Assembly: GCF_000018105.1 (NCBI RefSeq)
Contig: NC_009925.1
Coordinates: 5,820,001 to 5,852,000 of the forward strand
From: Acaryochloris marina MBIC11017
GTDB taxonomy: Bacteria > Cyanobacteriota > Cyanobacteriia > Thermosynechococcales > Thermosynechococcaceae
Direction of reading: 5' to 3'
DNA length: 32,000 bases
Position numbers and translations under genes: made by a program. A model generated the notes under the pieces. That model saw only the letters and a list, made by a program, of their open reading frames with translations. It had not been told where the DNA came from and did not search any database. Below, piece by piece: positions 1-8,930 of this stretch; positions within the stretch are counted from its first letter, which is position 1, and the number at the start of each line of letters is the position of its first letter.

Positions 1-22
1 CTAGAGAGTTCAACCCCTTCCC

Positions 23-946
23 GTGCAAAAAAAGTCTAACCGCTGGTTCATTTGGGTTTTTGTTGTTGTTGCCGTTGTCGCCTTAGTTGGATTTTCCTTC
101 GGCTCGATCTTCGATAGCCTCCTTAGCTCCCGCCCTTCTCCTTCTCCCACTGTTCCAACCCCAGGTACAACTCCAACTCCACCGGTCGTATCAGATATTG
201 AGAAGAAAAACTTGAAAGACCTTGAAAACGGTTACTTGCAAATCTTAGAGAAAGAACCAGACAATCCAGATGCTTTGCGCGGTTTGGCCGAAGCCCGGAG
301 TCAAATGATTAAAATCGGTCTAAAAACCGAAAAAGATCTGCTGGACCCTTTAGAAAAACTGGTTGAGCTGAATCCAGAACAGACTCAATACCAAGTACTT
401 CTCGCCCAAACCCTGCAAAAAACGGGTAAACGGGAAAGCGCGGCTCAAACCTATCGGAGTATTCTAGCCACTGAACCTGGCAATATGGATGCCCTCCAAG
501 GATTTGTCAATCTATTGGTCGAACAGCAAAGACCCTCCGCTGCCACCGAACTCCTACAGACAACCCTTAAAAATGCTCCTCAAGCCAATCAGGTAAAGCC
601 CAACAGTATTAATGAAAGTGCAGTCCAACTCCTACTCGGGCAAGTCTATGCCACCCAAAGGCAATTCGATCAAGCCGTTGGCGTCTACGACAAACTTATT
701 GCTAAAGATCCTAACGATTTTCGCCCAGTTTTTGCCAAAGCAATCCTTTTAAGGGAACAAGGGAAAACCAAAGAAGCTGATATCCTCTTTAACTCAGCCG
801 AAAAATTAGCCCCTGGCCAATATAAAGATCAAATAAAAGCTGCGGCCCAAAAGCCGAATGAAACACCTGAAGCTTCTCCCAGTTCCCAGTCTCCTAGCGC
901 CAGTCCCCAACCCTCTCCCAGTTCAACACCAGGGACCCCTGAATAG
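23..946 (+). CDS. Membrane-anchored TPR-repeat protein with Pro/Ser/Thr-rich linkers
   Basis: 307-codon ORF starting at GTG 23, with an in-frame stop at 2-4. The N-terminus is basic and followed by a hydrophobic helix (WFIWVFVVVAVVALVGFSF) and a P/T-rich linker. Several ~34-aa TPR-like units follow (e.g. QYQVLLAQTLQKTGKRESAAQTYRSILATEPGNMDALQG; LLLGQVYATQRQFDQAVGVYDKLIAKDPNDFRP). The C-terminal tail is S/P-rich. Confidence 0.7.
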   Translation: MQKKSNRWFIWVFVVVAVVALVGFSFGSIFDSLLSSRPSPSPTVPTPGTTPTPPVVSDIEKKNLKDLENGYLQILEKEPDNPDALRGLAEARSQMIKIGLKTEKDLLDPLEKLVELNPEQTQYQVLLAQTLQKTGKRESAAQTYRSILATEPGNMDALQGFVNLLVEQQRPSAATELLQTTLKNAPQANQVKPNSINESAVQLLLGQVYATQRQFDQAVGVYDKLIAKDPNDFRPVFAKAILLREQGKTKEADILFNSAEKLAPGQYKDQIKAAAQKPNETPEASPSSQSPSASPQPSPSSTPGTPE

Positions 947-950
947 ACCT

Positions 951-986
951 AAAAATTTCCCTAGCAACAGAGCGTTACTAGGGAAA
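951..986 (-). terminator. Likely intrinsic terminator of the IscA-like gene
   Basis: Perfect 9-bp inverted repeat TTTCCCTAG (956-964) / CTAGGGAAA (978-986) with a 13-nt loop. On the minus strand the stem is followed directly by TTTTT (955-951). The stem starts about 19 nt past the minus-strand stop at 1006-1008. Confidence 0.55.
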
Positions 987-1005
987 ATGCAATATTCAGT
1001 TGTAT

Positions 1006-1332
1006 TTACCCCGCAATAGCAAAGGAATGTCCGCAGCTACAGGTCTCAATCGCATTTGGGTTGTAGAAGCGGAATCCTCCCCCCATCAGATCTTCGGTAT
1101 AGTCCAGGGTTAAACCAGAGAGGTATTTCATGCTTGCTTTTTCGACAACCACCTGAATGTCCTCACAATCAAAAACTTGATCGTCGGGTTGGGGCGATTC
1201 AGCAAATTGCATTTGATAGGCTAACCCTTTGCAGCCGCTGGCATCAACCACAATACGGAGCTGGCCACCTGGTAAATGCTTCCTTTGAAGGCGTTTTAAT
1301 TCACCTATGGCAGTAGGGCTGAGTTGAATCAT
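1006..1332 (-). CDS. HesB/IscA-family iron-sulfur cluster insertion/carrier protein
   Basis: 108 aa. It carries the family's three-Cys signature: SGCKGLAY near the N-terminal third and a C-terminal CSCGHSF. Length and the MIQLSPTAIGELKRL N-terminus are typical of A-type carriers. Confidence 0.85.
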   Translation of the reverse strand: MIQLSPTAIGELKRLQRKHLPGGQLRIVVDASGCKGLAYQMQFAESPQPDDQVFDCEDIQVVVEKASMKYLSGLTLDYTEDLMGGGFRFYNPNAIETCSCGHSFAIAG

Positions 1333-1361
1333 ATTGAGTTGAGTATTCCAATCGCAAATGA

Positions 1362-1760
1362 CTATCGTGCGTAATCGTCATCAAAGCGCACAATATCATC
1401 TTCGCCTAAATACTCACCGTTTTGAACCTCAATCAAAACCAAAGGCACCATACCAGGATTCTCCAGCCGATGTTGGGTAAACCGAGGCACATAGGTAGAC
1501 TCATTCGCACTCAGCATCAAGTCTTCCTCGCCTCGCACAACTTTAGCGATACCGGCAATCACAATCCAATGCTCACTCCGATGATGATGCATTTGCAAGC
1601 TCAAACGGTGTCCAGGCTTCACCTCAATCCGCTTGATCTTATAGCCTTGGCCTTCTTCCAAAATCGTAAAGGATCCCCAAGGACGCAGTTCAGTTGCAGC
1701 GACACCTTGGTGGGTAGGCACAGGTGCTGCTAAAAGGTTAGATGGTTGAGTTTGGACCAC
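1362..1760 (-). CDS. Stand-alone cupin resembling the C-terminal domain of type II phosphomannose isomerase
   Basis: 132 aa. RPWGSFTILEEGQGYKIKRIEVKPGHRLSLQMHHHRSEHWIVIAGIAKV matches the PMI type II / cupin_2 metal-binding pattern (Q-x-H ... H-R-x-E-H-W). No nucleotidyl-transferase domain is attached. Confidence 0.75.
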   Translation of the reverse strand: MVQTQPSNLLAAPVPTHQGVAATELRPWGSFTILEEGQGYKIKRIEVKPGHRLSLQMHHHRSEHWIVIAGIAKVVRGEEDLMLSANESTYVPRFTQHRLENPGMVPLVLIEVQNGEYLGEDDIVRFDDDYAR

Positions 1761-2059
1761 GGTTCCGACTTACCTCAATAGGGTTTTTCATTGGCATGAG
1801 TAGACAATTGCTTAATCAGGATAGGACGGGCCAAAATCCCCAATCGTCTAGGAATAATTTGATCGAATGCACTTGAGCGTTCAATGCATAACATTATGAT
1901 TTAAGCAACCAGAGGATTTTTTTTAGGTGATCTTTGTCACTAGCAAAGGTCAATTTATAAAAGCAAATATTTATTTACAGTGAATGCAAAAAAGATTAAG
2001 CGATAAATAAATTTGCTTAAGATTTTGTCTTTAATGCAATCTAGATTAAAAACAACTTA

Positions 2060-2076
2060 GTTGACAATTTGTCAAC
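2060..2076. repeat. Perfect 7+7 palindrome GTTGACA-ATT-TGTCAAC; possible operator, with a TTGACA -35-like hexamer on both strands
   Basis: Read directly: GTTGACA 2060-2066, spacer ATT, TGTCAAC 2070-2076. It lies in a 370-bp very AT-rich spacer between two minus-strand genes. On the minus strand TTGACA is followed 19 nt later by TTTAAT. The sequence is certain; any function is not. Confidence 0.4.
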
Positions 2077-2130
2077 CTTGAACAATTTAACCTAAGAAAT
2101 TGGGTTCAGCAAAATTTCTACAGTGAAAAA

Positions 2131-3924
2131 TTATCTAGCATTAGGCCGCCAAAACACCCCAATACCATTTTGAACCCGAGCTGCCGTCACTGGATGTCGA
2201 TCCAGCAGTTGGCCCCCCAGATACAAACTTGTCGAACTTCCTCCATCTAGATTTAAGGCATTGACGGATCCCAACCGCTGCATAATAAGTGCCCATTCTT
2301 TCAATGTTGGGCCAGGACCACTCACCTGGTTGTGAACTGCTGCCAACAAAATCGTGCCATCTGCCGTTTGCCCAATCCCACTCCGAGGAGCAGATTGAGT
2401 ATCAAACGGTGGGCGAAATTTTTCAGCCTTAGCATTCAGCACCACTTGACCATTACTCACCAATAAGGGGCCAGCCCCCACAATATTGGGAAACCCATTG
2501 AAGCTGGCAGGTGTTGTCGCAGTTTGGATTTGGAGTTGAGTGCCAGAAGCCAAGGCCCCACCGACATCAAAGGATCTAAGCACCAGCAAATAGCCATTCT
2601 TAGGAATCGCAAAAGACTTAGTACTCGTACTGACCTTCTCAGAAACGACCTGATTATTAATGACAGTAATAATTTTTTCGGTTTTCAAAATAGGGGTATA
2701 GGTGGGTCCCCAAGTCGGTGTATATCGAGCAATGCCTTTTTGGGGATAGCCACTATCCAGGGACACAATGGATAACCGCTTGCCCCCCGATGTACTCAGA
2801 ACTTGCTGAAGGTTGAGTCGTCCCATTTGGAACTGACCTTGGGGATTCCAAGCCACCACGCCCCGATTTAGAATAGGGCTGGAAATCCACTGACCATTTT
2901 GACGAATGGCTCCCAGGGGCGTTTTATTATTGCGATTAAAGTAGCCAGCGTTAATCGCTGCTGCCACTTGATTTCCTTGAGCCATTGATAGGAGGGGATG
3001 AATACCCAGAAGAGCATTCCGATTCCCCCAGATGGGCTGAAGCTTTAGCCCTGGTGTTTGAGGGTTCAAGGCTAACCAGGTGACGGGATATTGTTTGTTG
3101 CCTAAGCTGATGACTCGCTCTTGCCGAAGAATGCCCGGAGCCCACAAGATGCTGCGTTGTTCAGGGATGCCGCCTTTAATATCTATAACCAGCCGATTAG
3201 GATTGGTCAGCATCCACACCCGAGGACGTTTCGTTCCTGCAATCACACCGCTGAGCAGAGTCCTTCCCTGTTTACGGGTAATTTTCAGGGACTTTAAGGC
3301 AGATTTCCCAGGGAACTTCCAAGATTTACCTAATCCAGCGGCAGCTGTCGCATCTATTGATAAAACAAACTCACGATCTTTCTTCCCAGTGCGACTATTC
3401 GTCAACCGCTCCATTTGCCAGGGAGTCGGCTGATCCAGATCTATCACTAAACGATGTCCCCATTGCTGTCGGCCAGACCTGATCTTGCCAATCTTTGCAG
3501 CTGGGGACTGAATCTTAAGCACATTACCCTGGGGTTGGATCTGCCAGTTAGCGGAGCGAGCTAAAGCGGAAACGTCAAGATACCGAGACGCCCCGTTTTC
3601 ACTAAACCGAGTCGCTAAGGCCAGGGGTTTAGGGGTGAACCACTGTACAGGCTGCTGCCGAAAATCATTCGAGCTGGTTAAATCCACGCCAAACCGGCGA
3701 TTTAAACCACTATCGCTAATCCCTACGGACGGTGCTGTCTGGCCTGGATCTTGCCATTGTGTCCAAGCCACTGGGTAGGTACGGCCATTAAGTTGAATCT
3801 GATTGCCCTGATGAGTACTGGCACTGGCGACCTGAACAATCGGTTGATTAACCGCAACTTGGGCGGCAGGGTTAACAGCCAGCACACCTGGGCCCAGCAT
3901 CAAGAAAGAGGAAAGGTAAGCCAA
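2131..3924 (-). CDS. Envelope protein: AMIN-like repeats + phosphodiester glycosidase (NAGPA/DUF2233-type) domain
   Basis: 597 aa. The C-terminal half has NAGYFN and a GPLLV...LNLDGGSSTSL pattern typical of the phosphodiester glycosidase family. The N-terminal half has two RLVIDL/RLVIDI beta-rich segments (GHRLVIDLDQPTPW; NPNRLVIDIKGG) resembling AMIN domains. The start is ambiguous: TTG at 3924 or ATG at 3900. Confidence 0.7.
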   Translation of the reverse strand: MAYLSSFLMLGPGVLAVNPAAQVAVNQPIVQVASASTHQGNQIQLNGRTYPVAWTQWQDPGQTAPSVGISDSGLNRRFGVDLTSSNDFRQQPVQWFTPKPLALATRFSENGASRYLDVSALARSANWQIQPQGNVLKIQSPAAKIGKIRSGRQQWGHRLVIDLDQPTPWQMERLTNSRTGKKDREFVLSIDATAAAGLGKSWKFPGKSALKSLKITRKQGRTLLSGVIAGTKRPRVWMLTNPNRLVIDIKGGIPEQRSILWAPGILRQERVISLGNKQYPVTWLALNPQTPGLKLQPIWGNRNALLGIHPLLSMAQGNQVAAAINAGYFNRNNKTPLGAIRQNGQWISSPILNRGVVAWNPQGQFQMGRLNLQQVLSTSGGKRLSIVSLDSGYPQKGIARYTPTWGPTYTPILKTEKIITVINNQVVSEKVSTSTKSFAIPKNGYLLVLRSFDVGGALASGTQLQIQTATTPASFNGFPNIVGAGPLLVSNGQVVLNAKAEKFRPPFDTQSAPRSGIGQTADGTILLAAVHNQVSGPGPTLKEWALIMQRLGSVNALNLDGGSSTSLYLGGQLLDRHPVTAARVQNGIGVFWRPNAR

Positions 3925-4016
3925 AAGCTAGAAAGGGGGGATAAAGGACAAAAAAACAAAACTATTTACCCAAGATACCCAGCAAACAGAACAAAGATTT
4001 CGATTCGAAATAGTCC

Positions 4017-4391
4017 TTAAGGTGTTTCGATCTCAACCCCGCTGACAGCAGGAGCAGACTGAGTCGGTGAACCTAACTGCTCCTGCTGTTTTTTACGAAA
4101 GGCATCGACGGCGGAGTCGAAATTTTCAGATTGATCCTCTGCAAACTCACTACTGGAGCGACTATTCACCTGCTGCAAGCGATTCAAAAGGTTCAGTAAG
4201 GATCCTGGGCCTCCCCGATCCGTAAAGACCTCCTCTGCACTATTGGAATCTTCCAACTGGAAATCCTGTAAAGGATCATTGGTGGGTGAAGACTGAGCCA
4301 AAGCAGGGAGTGGATTAACACAGGTGAGAACACTCAGGACTGTTAAAGTCGAGACTTGGAAACGAATCAGGCGGATATTCATGATTTTCAT
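4017..4391 (-). CDS. Small acidic secreted protein of unknown function
   Basis: 124 aa. The signal peptide is plausible (MKIMNIRLIRFQVSTLTVLSVLTCVNPLPALA|QSS). The mature part is acidic, low-complexity and rich in S/Q/E. It sits 92 nt upstream of the AMIN-glycosidase gene on the same strand. Confidence 0.55.
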   Translation of the reverse strand: MKIMNIRLIRFQVSTLTVLSVLTCVNPLPALAQSSPTNDPLQDFQLEDSNSAEEVFTDRGGPGSLLNLLNRLQQVNSRSSSEFAEDQSENFDSAVDAFRKKQQEQLGSPTQSAPAVSGVEIETP

Positions 4392-4674
4392 TAGCTCAGA
4401 AGCGAAATAAACGATTAATTGATGAACACAAGCTATATACGATATTACCCATATCTACACCTCTGCCAAATTGAGGCCATACCCGTCGCGGATATTTTGA
4501 TCCGCAACTTTTAGAAAACCCAGGGCTGAAAGGTGATCAAACTCACTGATTAGAGTATGAACCATAATCTTTAATGATTCTTAGAATAAAAGATAACCAG
4601 TAAGCATTTAGACTCTCGCTTCGGTTCGAATGTTTCTTCTTCAGAAACTGCACTAAGGTTCCAAAATATTAATT

Positions 4675-4692
4675 TTTCGACGACTGTCGAAA
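4675..4692. repeat. 7+7 inverted repeat TTTCGAC-GACT-GTCGAAA upstream of the 4756 gene
   Basis: Read directly; it ends 63 nt upstream of ATG 4756. Function unknown; operator or small hairpin are possibilities. Confidence 0.3.
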
Positions 4693-4755
4693 TTTAAGTG
4701 GAATTGGTCGATCCTAAAGAATGAGGGTTTTAAAGACGGAGTCATAGGTAGGCAG

Positions 4756-5442
4756 ATGCATTCATCCAAGACGCAGCAAGATATCGAGAAGCAGCTCGTT
4801 CCATGTCCTGAAGCAGGATGTTTAAGTCAATCAGATTCTTCATCTAGATTTGTTCAGTTTATCTCTGTCACCCATCCCGAACTCGAAGCTAGTTTGCCCC
4901 AAGCCCTCCATTTCAAACATCAGTTCAAAGGCCAAATGGACCTTAAGGCTGATAAAGACACGGTAATGGCCTATTTGGATGCTCATCAAGGCTGGTTCTG
5001 TCGATGTGCGCATCCCATGAAGGTAGAGCCAGTGGGGAGTAATGGATATATTCTTTCCTTGGGGCGGTATGGCTCCTTTGGGTTTGAAGTGGAACCCCAA
5101 ATTGGCCTAGAGCTGCTCCCTCAAGAGGAAGGGGTTTACCGGATTACGACCATTCCTGTCCAGAATAAGTTTGATCACTGCTATCAAGTCGACTTTCAAG
5201 CTGCGATGTATTTGAACGAGACTTCTGATCCGGGCGATAATTCATCCACCCCCCAAACCTCGGTGGAATGGGACTTAGCCTTAGACGTTGCGATTGTGTT
5301 TCCTCAATTTATTCTCCGTCTTCCTCGCAAAATGATTCAAGGGGTAGGTGATAAGTTGCTACAACAAATTGTCCAACAAATATCCCAACGGCTAACGAAA
5401 AAGGTGCAAAGTGATTTCCATGCTTCCCATGGTATCTGCTAA
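4756..5442 (+). CDS. Conserved hypothetical protein, probably DUF1997 family (cyanobacteria/plastid lineage)
   Basis: 228-aa ORF with good coding appearance. The central segment (VMAYLDAHQGWFCRCAHPMKVEPVGSNGYILSLGRYGSFGFEVEPQIGLEL) resembles my memory of DUF1997 proteins. The family assignment is unverified. Confidence 0.5.
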   Translation: MHSSKTQQDIEKQLVPCPEAGCLSQSDSSSRFVQFISVTHPELEASLPQALHFKHQFKGQMDLKADKDTVMAYLDAHQGWFCRCAHPMKVEPVGSNGYILSLGRYGSFGFEVEPQIGLELLPQEEGVYRITTIPVQNKFDHCYQVDFQAAMYLNETSDPGDNSSTPQTSVEWDLALDVAIVFPQFILRLPRKMIQGVGDKLLQQIVQQISQRLTKKVQSDFHASHGIC

Positions 5443-5845
5443 TCCAAAGGTGTCTTGGTCATCCACGACTTTCCAAAGGGGACGCGCTGTTGAGAACCAC
5501 AAGAGACATAAATGATTCACCTGGGAGGAAAAGCTAAACCTTTATGGGGACTCAACGCCCAAGGCAAAGAATTTAGGTATTATCCATTAGCAACTATAAT
5601 TTGAACGAAAATTTGAGGATTGTGGCTGATGGGCAACTTTCCCTGCTGTAGGCAGTCATGAATGAAGGTATTTTCCTCCTCGCAGCTAAATATTTTGACT
5701 TTACCTACCCGTCAGCCTGTCATAAAATCATGCAGGTTATGACTCGTATGATGTCAAACTCCTTTTAGGGCAAGGGGGACTAGACCCTCGGTTTTCAGTG
5801 CCATTCCTGGTTGCGTTGCTCAATTTCTCAGTTCATCATTGGCTT

Positions 5846-7009
5846 ATGTTATCGGCATTTCAATTCAAACTTCATCGCTATCTGCCGTTCTGTACGGGAT
5901 GCTTATCCCTGCTGCTGTCTTTGGTTGCGAGTCCTGCGATCGCATTAGAGTTACGCATCGCTCTATTACAAGGGCAGGGGGATGTCGTGATCGGGAGTTC
6001 CACCTCTGCCAACATCGTCAATGGCCAAGGAACAACGGTAGGCGCGCTACCCCCCTTAGAAGGGTTCTTTGCCAAATCCACTCCCGGGGCCGTCACTTTT
6101 TTTGGCAAAAAGGGATGGCAGCTCTCCATTGAACCCTCGGAAGGTGGTTTTGTGTACATCCAAGATCGATGGTATCGAGGTCAAGTCCGCTTAGTTACCA
6201 CATCCCAAGGTATCTCAGTGATTAATGAAGTGGATTTAGAGGACTATCTGGCAGGCGTTATTGGCAAAGAGATGCCTAGAACGTGGCCCCAGGAAGCCTT
6301 AAAGGCTCAATCTGTAGCAGCCCGATCCTTCGCCCTATATCGAAAGGGCAAACAGAAAAATCCGCTTTACGATTTGGTTAATACCACCAAAGATCAGGTT
6401 TATGGGGGCATTGATGGCGAAGCCGAGAGTACAAGAGCTGCAGTCCGAGCTACAGCGGGGCAAGTGTTGACCTATCAAGGCAATATCGTTGAAGCCTTGT
6501 TCCATGCGAATTCTGGTGGCCATACGGAGAATTCTGAGCAAGTATTTAGTGGCGTTATTCCCTACTTGAGAGGTGTTCCCGATTTTGATCAAGAAGCGCC
6601 TAATTTTCAATGGTCTGTGAACTTTTCTCAAGCACAACTGCAGCAAAAACTATCGGGACTGGGTAATATTCTTGCAATGACTCCTCAAGGGACCACAGCC
6701 CATGGTCGTGTCAAACGCATCAAAATTGTCGGAGAGCAAGGGACAAAAATAATGAAGGGGCGTGAATTTCGCCGAGCCCTGAAGTTAAAAAGCACCTTAT
6801 TTCAAGTTGTTCCCCAATCTGATTTAGTGGCGAGTCAAGCTCAAGCTGTGCCCAGTAAGCCCTCCGGCTTCACCATTAACGGTCGTGGTCATGGCCATGG
6901 GTTAGGGATGAGCCAGTGGGGCGCTTTAGCCCTTGCCCAGCGAGGAAATACCTACCAGCAGATTTTGCAACATTATTACAAAAACACTGTTCTCCAAACC
7001 TCCTATTGA
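5846..7009 (+). CDS. SpoIID/LytB-domain protein (peptidoglycan remodelling)
   Basis: Family motifs are present: EDYLAGVIGKEMP, EALKAQSVAARSFAL, ALFHANSGGHTENSE, GHGHGLGMSQWGA. ATG 5846 gives a signal peptide ending ASPAIA|LE. The ORF is also open from GTG 5798. Confidence 0.85.
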   Translation: MLSAFQFKLHRYLPFCTGCLSLLLSLVASPAIALELRIALLQGQGDVVIGSSTSANIVNGQGTTVGALPPLEGFFAKSTPGAVTFFGKKGWQLSIEPSEGGFVYIQDRWYRGQVRLVTTSQGISVINEVDLEDYLAGVIGKEMPRTWPQEALKAQSVAARSFALYRKGKQKNPLYDLVNTTKDQVYGGIDGEAESTRAAVRATAGQVLTYQGNIVEALFHANSGGHTENSEQVFSGVIPYLRGVPDFDQEAPNFQWSVNFSQAQLQQKLSGLGNILAMTPQGTTAHGRVKRIKIVGEQGTKIMKGREFRRALKLKSTLFQVVPQSDLVASQAQAVPSKPSGFTINGRGHGHGLGMSQWGALALAQRGNTYQQILQHYYKNTVLQTSY

Positions 7010-7104
7010 CAGTAGGAACTCAATCCTTGAATCCATTTGTCAATAGGATCCGCGCCATTCATTTCTATTAGCAGCACAGTTGAATCACACATAGGATAAA
7101 TTTC

Positions 7105-8190
7105 ATGGCAAAAGTCGCTCTCATTACTGGCATTACGGGTCAAGATGGAGCCTATCTGGCAGAGCTATTATTGGCCAAAGGCTATCACGTTCATGGGATT
7201 AAACGACGCGCTTCACTCTTCAATACAGATCGTATTGATCACTTATACCAAGATCCCCATGAGAAGGATCGACGCTTTTTCCTTCACTACGGTGACTTGA
7301 CCGATTCAACCAATCTTATTCGGATTGTGCAGCAAGTCCAGCCCGACGAAATTTATAACTTAGCGGCTCAAAGCCATGTGGCGGTTTCGTTTGAGACGCC
7401 AGAATATACCGCCAATGTTGATGGCCTTGGCACCTTGAGATTCTTGGAAGCCATTCGCATCCTAGGCTTGGAGAAAAAAACGAAGTTTTATCAGGCCTCT
7501 ACCTCTGAATTGTATGGTTTAGTGCAAGAAGTGCCTCAAACGGAGAAAACCCCCTTTTACCCTCGCTCTCCTTACGCTGTTGCTAAACTCTATGCCTACT
7601 GGATTACGGTGAATTACCGAGAAGCCTATGGCATGTATGCCTGTAATGGCATTTTGTTTAACCATGAATCTCCACTTCGGGGTGAAACCTTTGTCACCCG
7701 GAAGATCACCCGTGCGATCGCACGAATTTACCTGAAAAAGCAAAAGTGCCTATTTTTAGGAAATATGGACTCCTTAAGGGATTGGGGCCATGCTCGGGAC
7801 TATGTGGAAATGCAGTGGTTAATGCTTCAGCAAGACCAGCCTGAAGATTTTGTGATTGCCACGGGACAACAATACAGCGTCCGCCATTTTGTGACGATTG
7901 CCTGTAAAGAAGTCGGCATTGACATTCGCTGGGAAGGGGAAGGTCTTGACGAAAAAGGCTATGACCAGGAGGGGAATTGTATCGTCGCAGTCGATCCCCG
8001 TTACTATCGCCCCACAGAAGTAGATACCTTATTAGGGAGTCCCGAGAAAGCGAAGGAAAAACTCAAATGGGTTCCCAAAGTTAGCTTTCCAGAGCTAGTC
8101 CAGGAAATGATGGCAGAAGATTTGAAAGCCGCTAAGCGGGATAAGATTATTGAGGATCACGGCTATCCTGTTCCTCTCGTCCATGAATAA
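7105..8190 (+). CDS. gmd: GDP-mannose 4,6-dehydratase
   Basis: 361 aa. It has the Rossmann motif [19 protein letters not shown], the SDR catalytic elements ASTSELYG and [10 protein letters not shown], and [17 protein letters not shown], all characteristic of Gmd. Confidence 0.93.
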   Translation: MAKVALITGITGQDGAYLAELLLAKGYHVHGIKRRASLFNTDRIDHLYQDPHEKDRRFFLHYGDLTDSTNLIRIVQQVQPDEIYNLAAQSHVAVSFETPEYTANVDGLGTLRFLEAIRILGLEKKTKFYQASTSELYGLVQEVPQTEKTPFYPRSPYAVAKLYAYWITVNYREAYGMYACNGILFNHESPLRGETFVTRKITRAIARIYLKKQKCLFLGNMDSLRDWGHARDYVEMQWLMLQQDQPEDFVIATGQQYSVRHFVTIACKEVGIDIRWEGEGLDEKGYDQEGNCIVAVDPRYYRPTEVDTLLGSPEKAKEKLKWVPKVSFPELVQEMMAEDLKAAKRDKIIEDHGYPVPLVHE

Positions 8191-8256
8191 ATCTGCGTTT
8201 TAGGCTAAATTTTAAGCCTGTGGATAGGGGCGATTCCCAGTGAACATTATTTGGTA

Positions 8257-8892
8257 ATGAAAGTACTGCTAATACATGGCCTGGGACGTTCTCCCCTATC
8301 CGTATTTGGGTTATCTCAATACTTACAGCAAGCCGGGTATCGCACTGAGTTATTTGGCTATTCATCCCAAATCGAATCCTACGCCCAAATTATTGAGCGT
8401 TTACAGCACCGTTTAGGAGAGTTAGAGCCAGAACGCTATGGCATCATTGCCCATTCATTGGGGGCAGTGTTAGTGCGGTCTGTCATTACACCTCATTCTT
8501 CCTTCACACCCAACCCAGTGATTTTGTTGGGACCGCCCAATCAGTCCCCCCGTATCGCTCAGTTGGCCCAGCGATTGAGCCCCTTATCGCCATTTGCAGG
8601 AGAATGTTTACAGAACTTGGCGGACCCCAGTTTTTACCAACAGCTCCCTAATCTAGCCATTCCTCATATCATTATCGCCGGGACGAATGGTCCTCGGGGG
8701 ACTTGGAGCTTTTTTGGCAACGAGGTGAATGATGGCATCCTCACCTTAAAGGAAATGCAGCTGGAGGATTGCAGTCGCTCTATCATACTGCCCGTCAACC
8801 ATATCCAAATGTTGAATAATCCCCTGGTACAGCAAACGATTTTACAAATCCTGGCGGACCCTGCCTCAAAACTGGAGGCTCACCCCATATAA
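8257..8892 (+). CDS. Alpha/beta-fold hydrolase (lipase/esterase-like)
   Basis: The N-terminus VLLIHGLGRS forms an oxyanion-type motif, and IAHSLGA is a nucleophile elbow (G/A-x-S-x-G). ATG 8257 is preferred over the TTG at 8251 in the ORF track. Confidence 0.7.
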   Translation: MKVLLIHGLGRSPLSVFGLSQYLQQAGYRTELFGYSSQIESYAQIIERLQHRLGELEPERYGIIAHSLGAVLVRSVITPHSSFTPNPVILLGPPNQSPRIAQLAQRLSPLSPFAGECLQNLADPSFYQQLPNLAIPHIIIAGTNGPRGTWSFFGNEVNDGILTLKEMQLEDCSRSIILPVNHIQMLNNPLVQQTILQILADPASKLEAHPI

Positions 8893-8930
8893 CCCAAGCT
8901 ACTCCGACATTTCTTGTCTACAGTAGGGGT

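Noticed and set aside
1056-1733. ORFs 1056-1316(+) and 1422-1733(+), antisense to the IscA-like and cupin genes
   Set aside because: They lie entirely inside stronger opposite-strand genes that carry recognisable family motifs. Their translations are Arg/Cys/His-rich, low-complexity and show no motifs.
2524-4020. ORFs 2524-2775(+), 2951-3145(-), 3080-3433(+) and 3751-4020(+), overlapping the 597-aa gene
   Set aside because: They are alternative-frame or antisense shadows of a well-supported long ORF, with no start context or recognisable domains.
4623-4631. GGTTCGAAT, a tRNA T-loop-like motif
   Set aside because: The flanks (CTTCGG / GTTTC) cannot form the 5-bp T-stem. No acceptor, D or anticodon arms can be drawn on either strand.
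5658-5768. 36-codon sORF (MNEGIFLLAAKYFDFTYPSACHKIMQVMTRMMSNSF) in the 355-bp spacer before the SpoIID gene
   Set aside because: It has no SD sequence and no recognisable motif, and I cannot assess conservation. It cannot be told apart from a chance ORF.
5839-6646. ORFs 5839-6132(+), 5878-6159(-) and 6335-6646(-) within the SpoIID/LytB gene
   Set aside because: They overlap a motif-supported gene, and their translations are compositionally odd.
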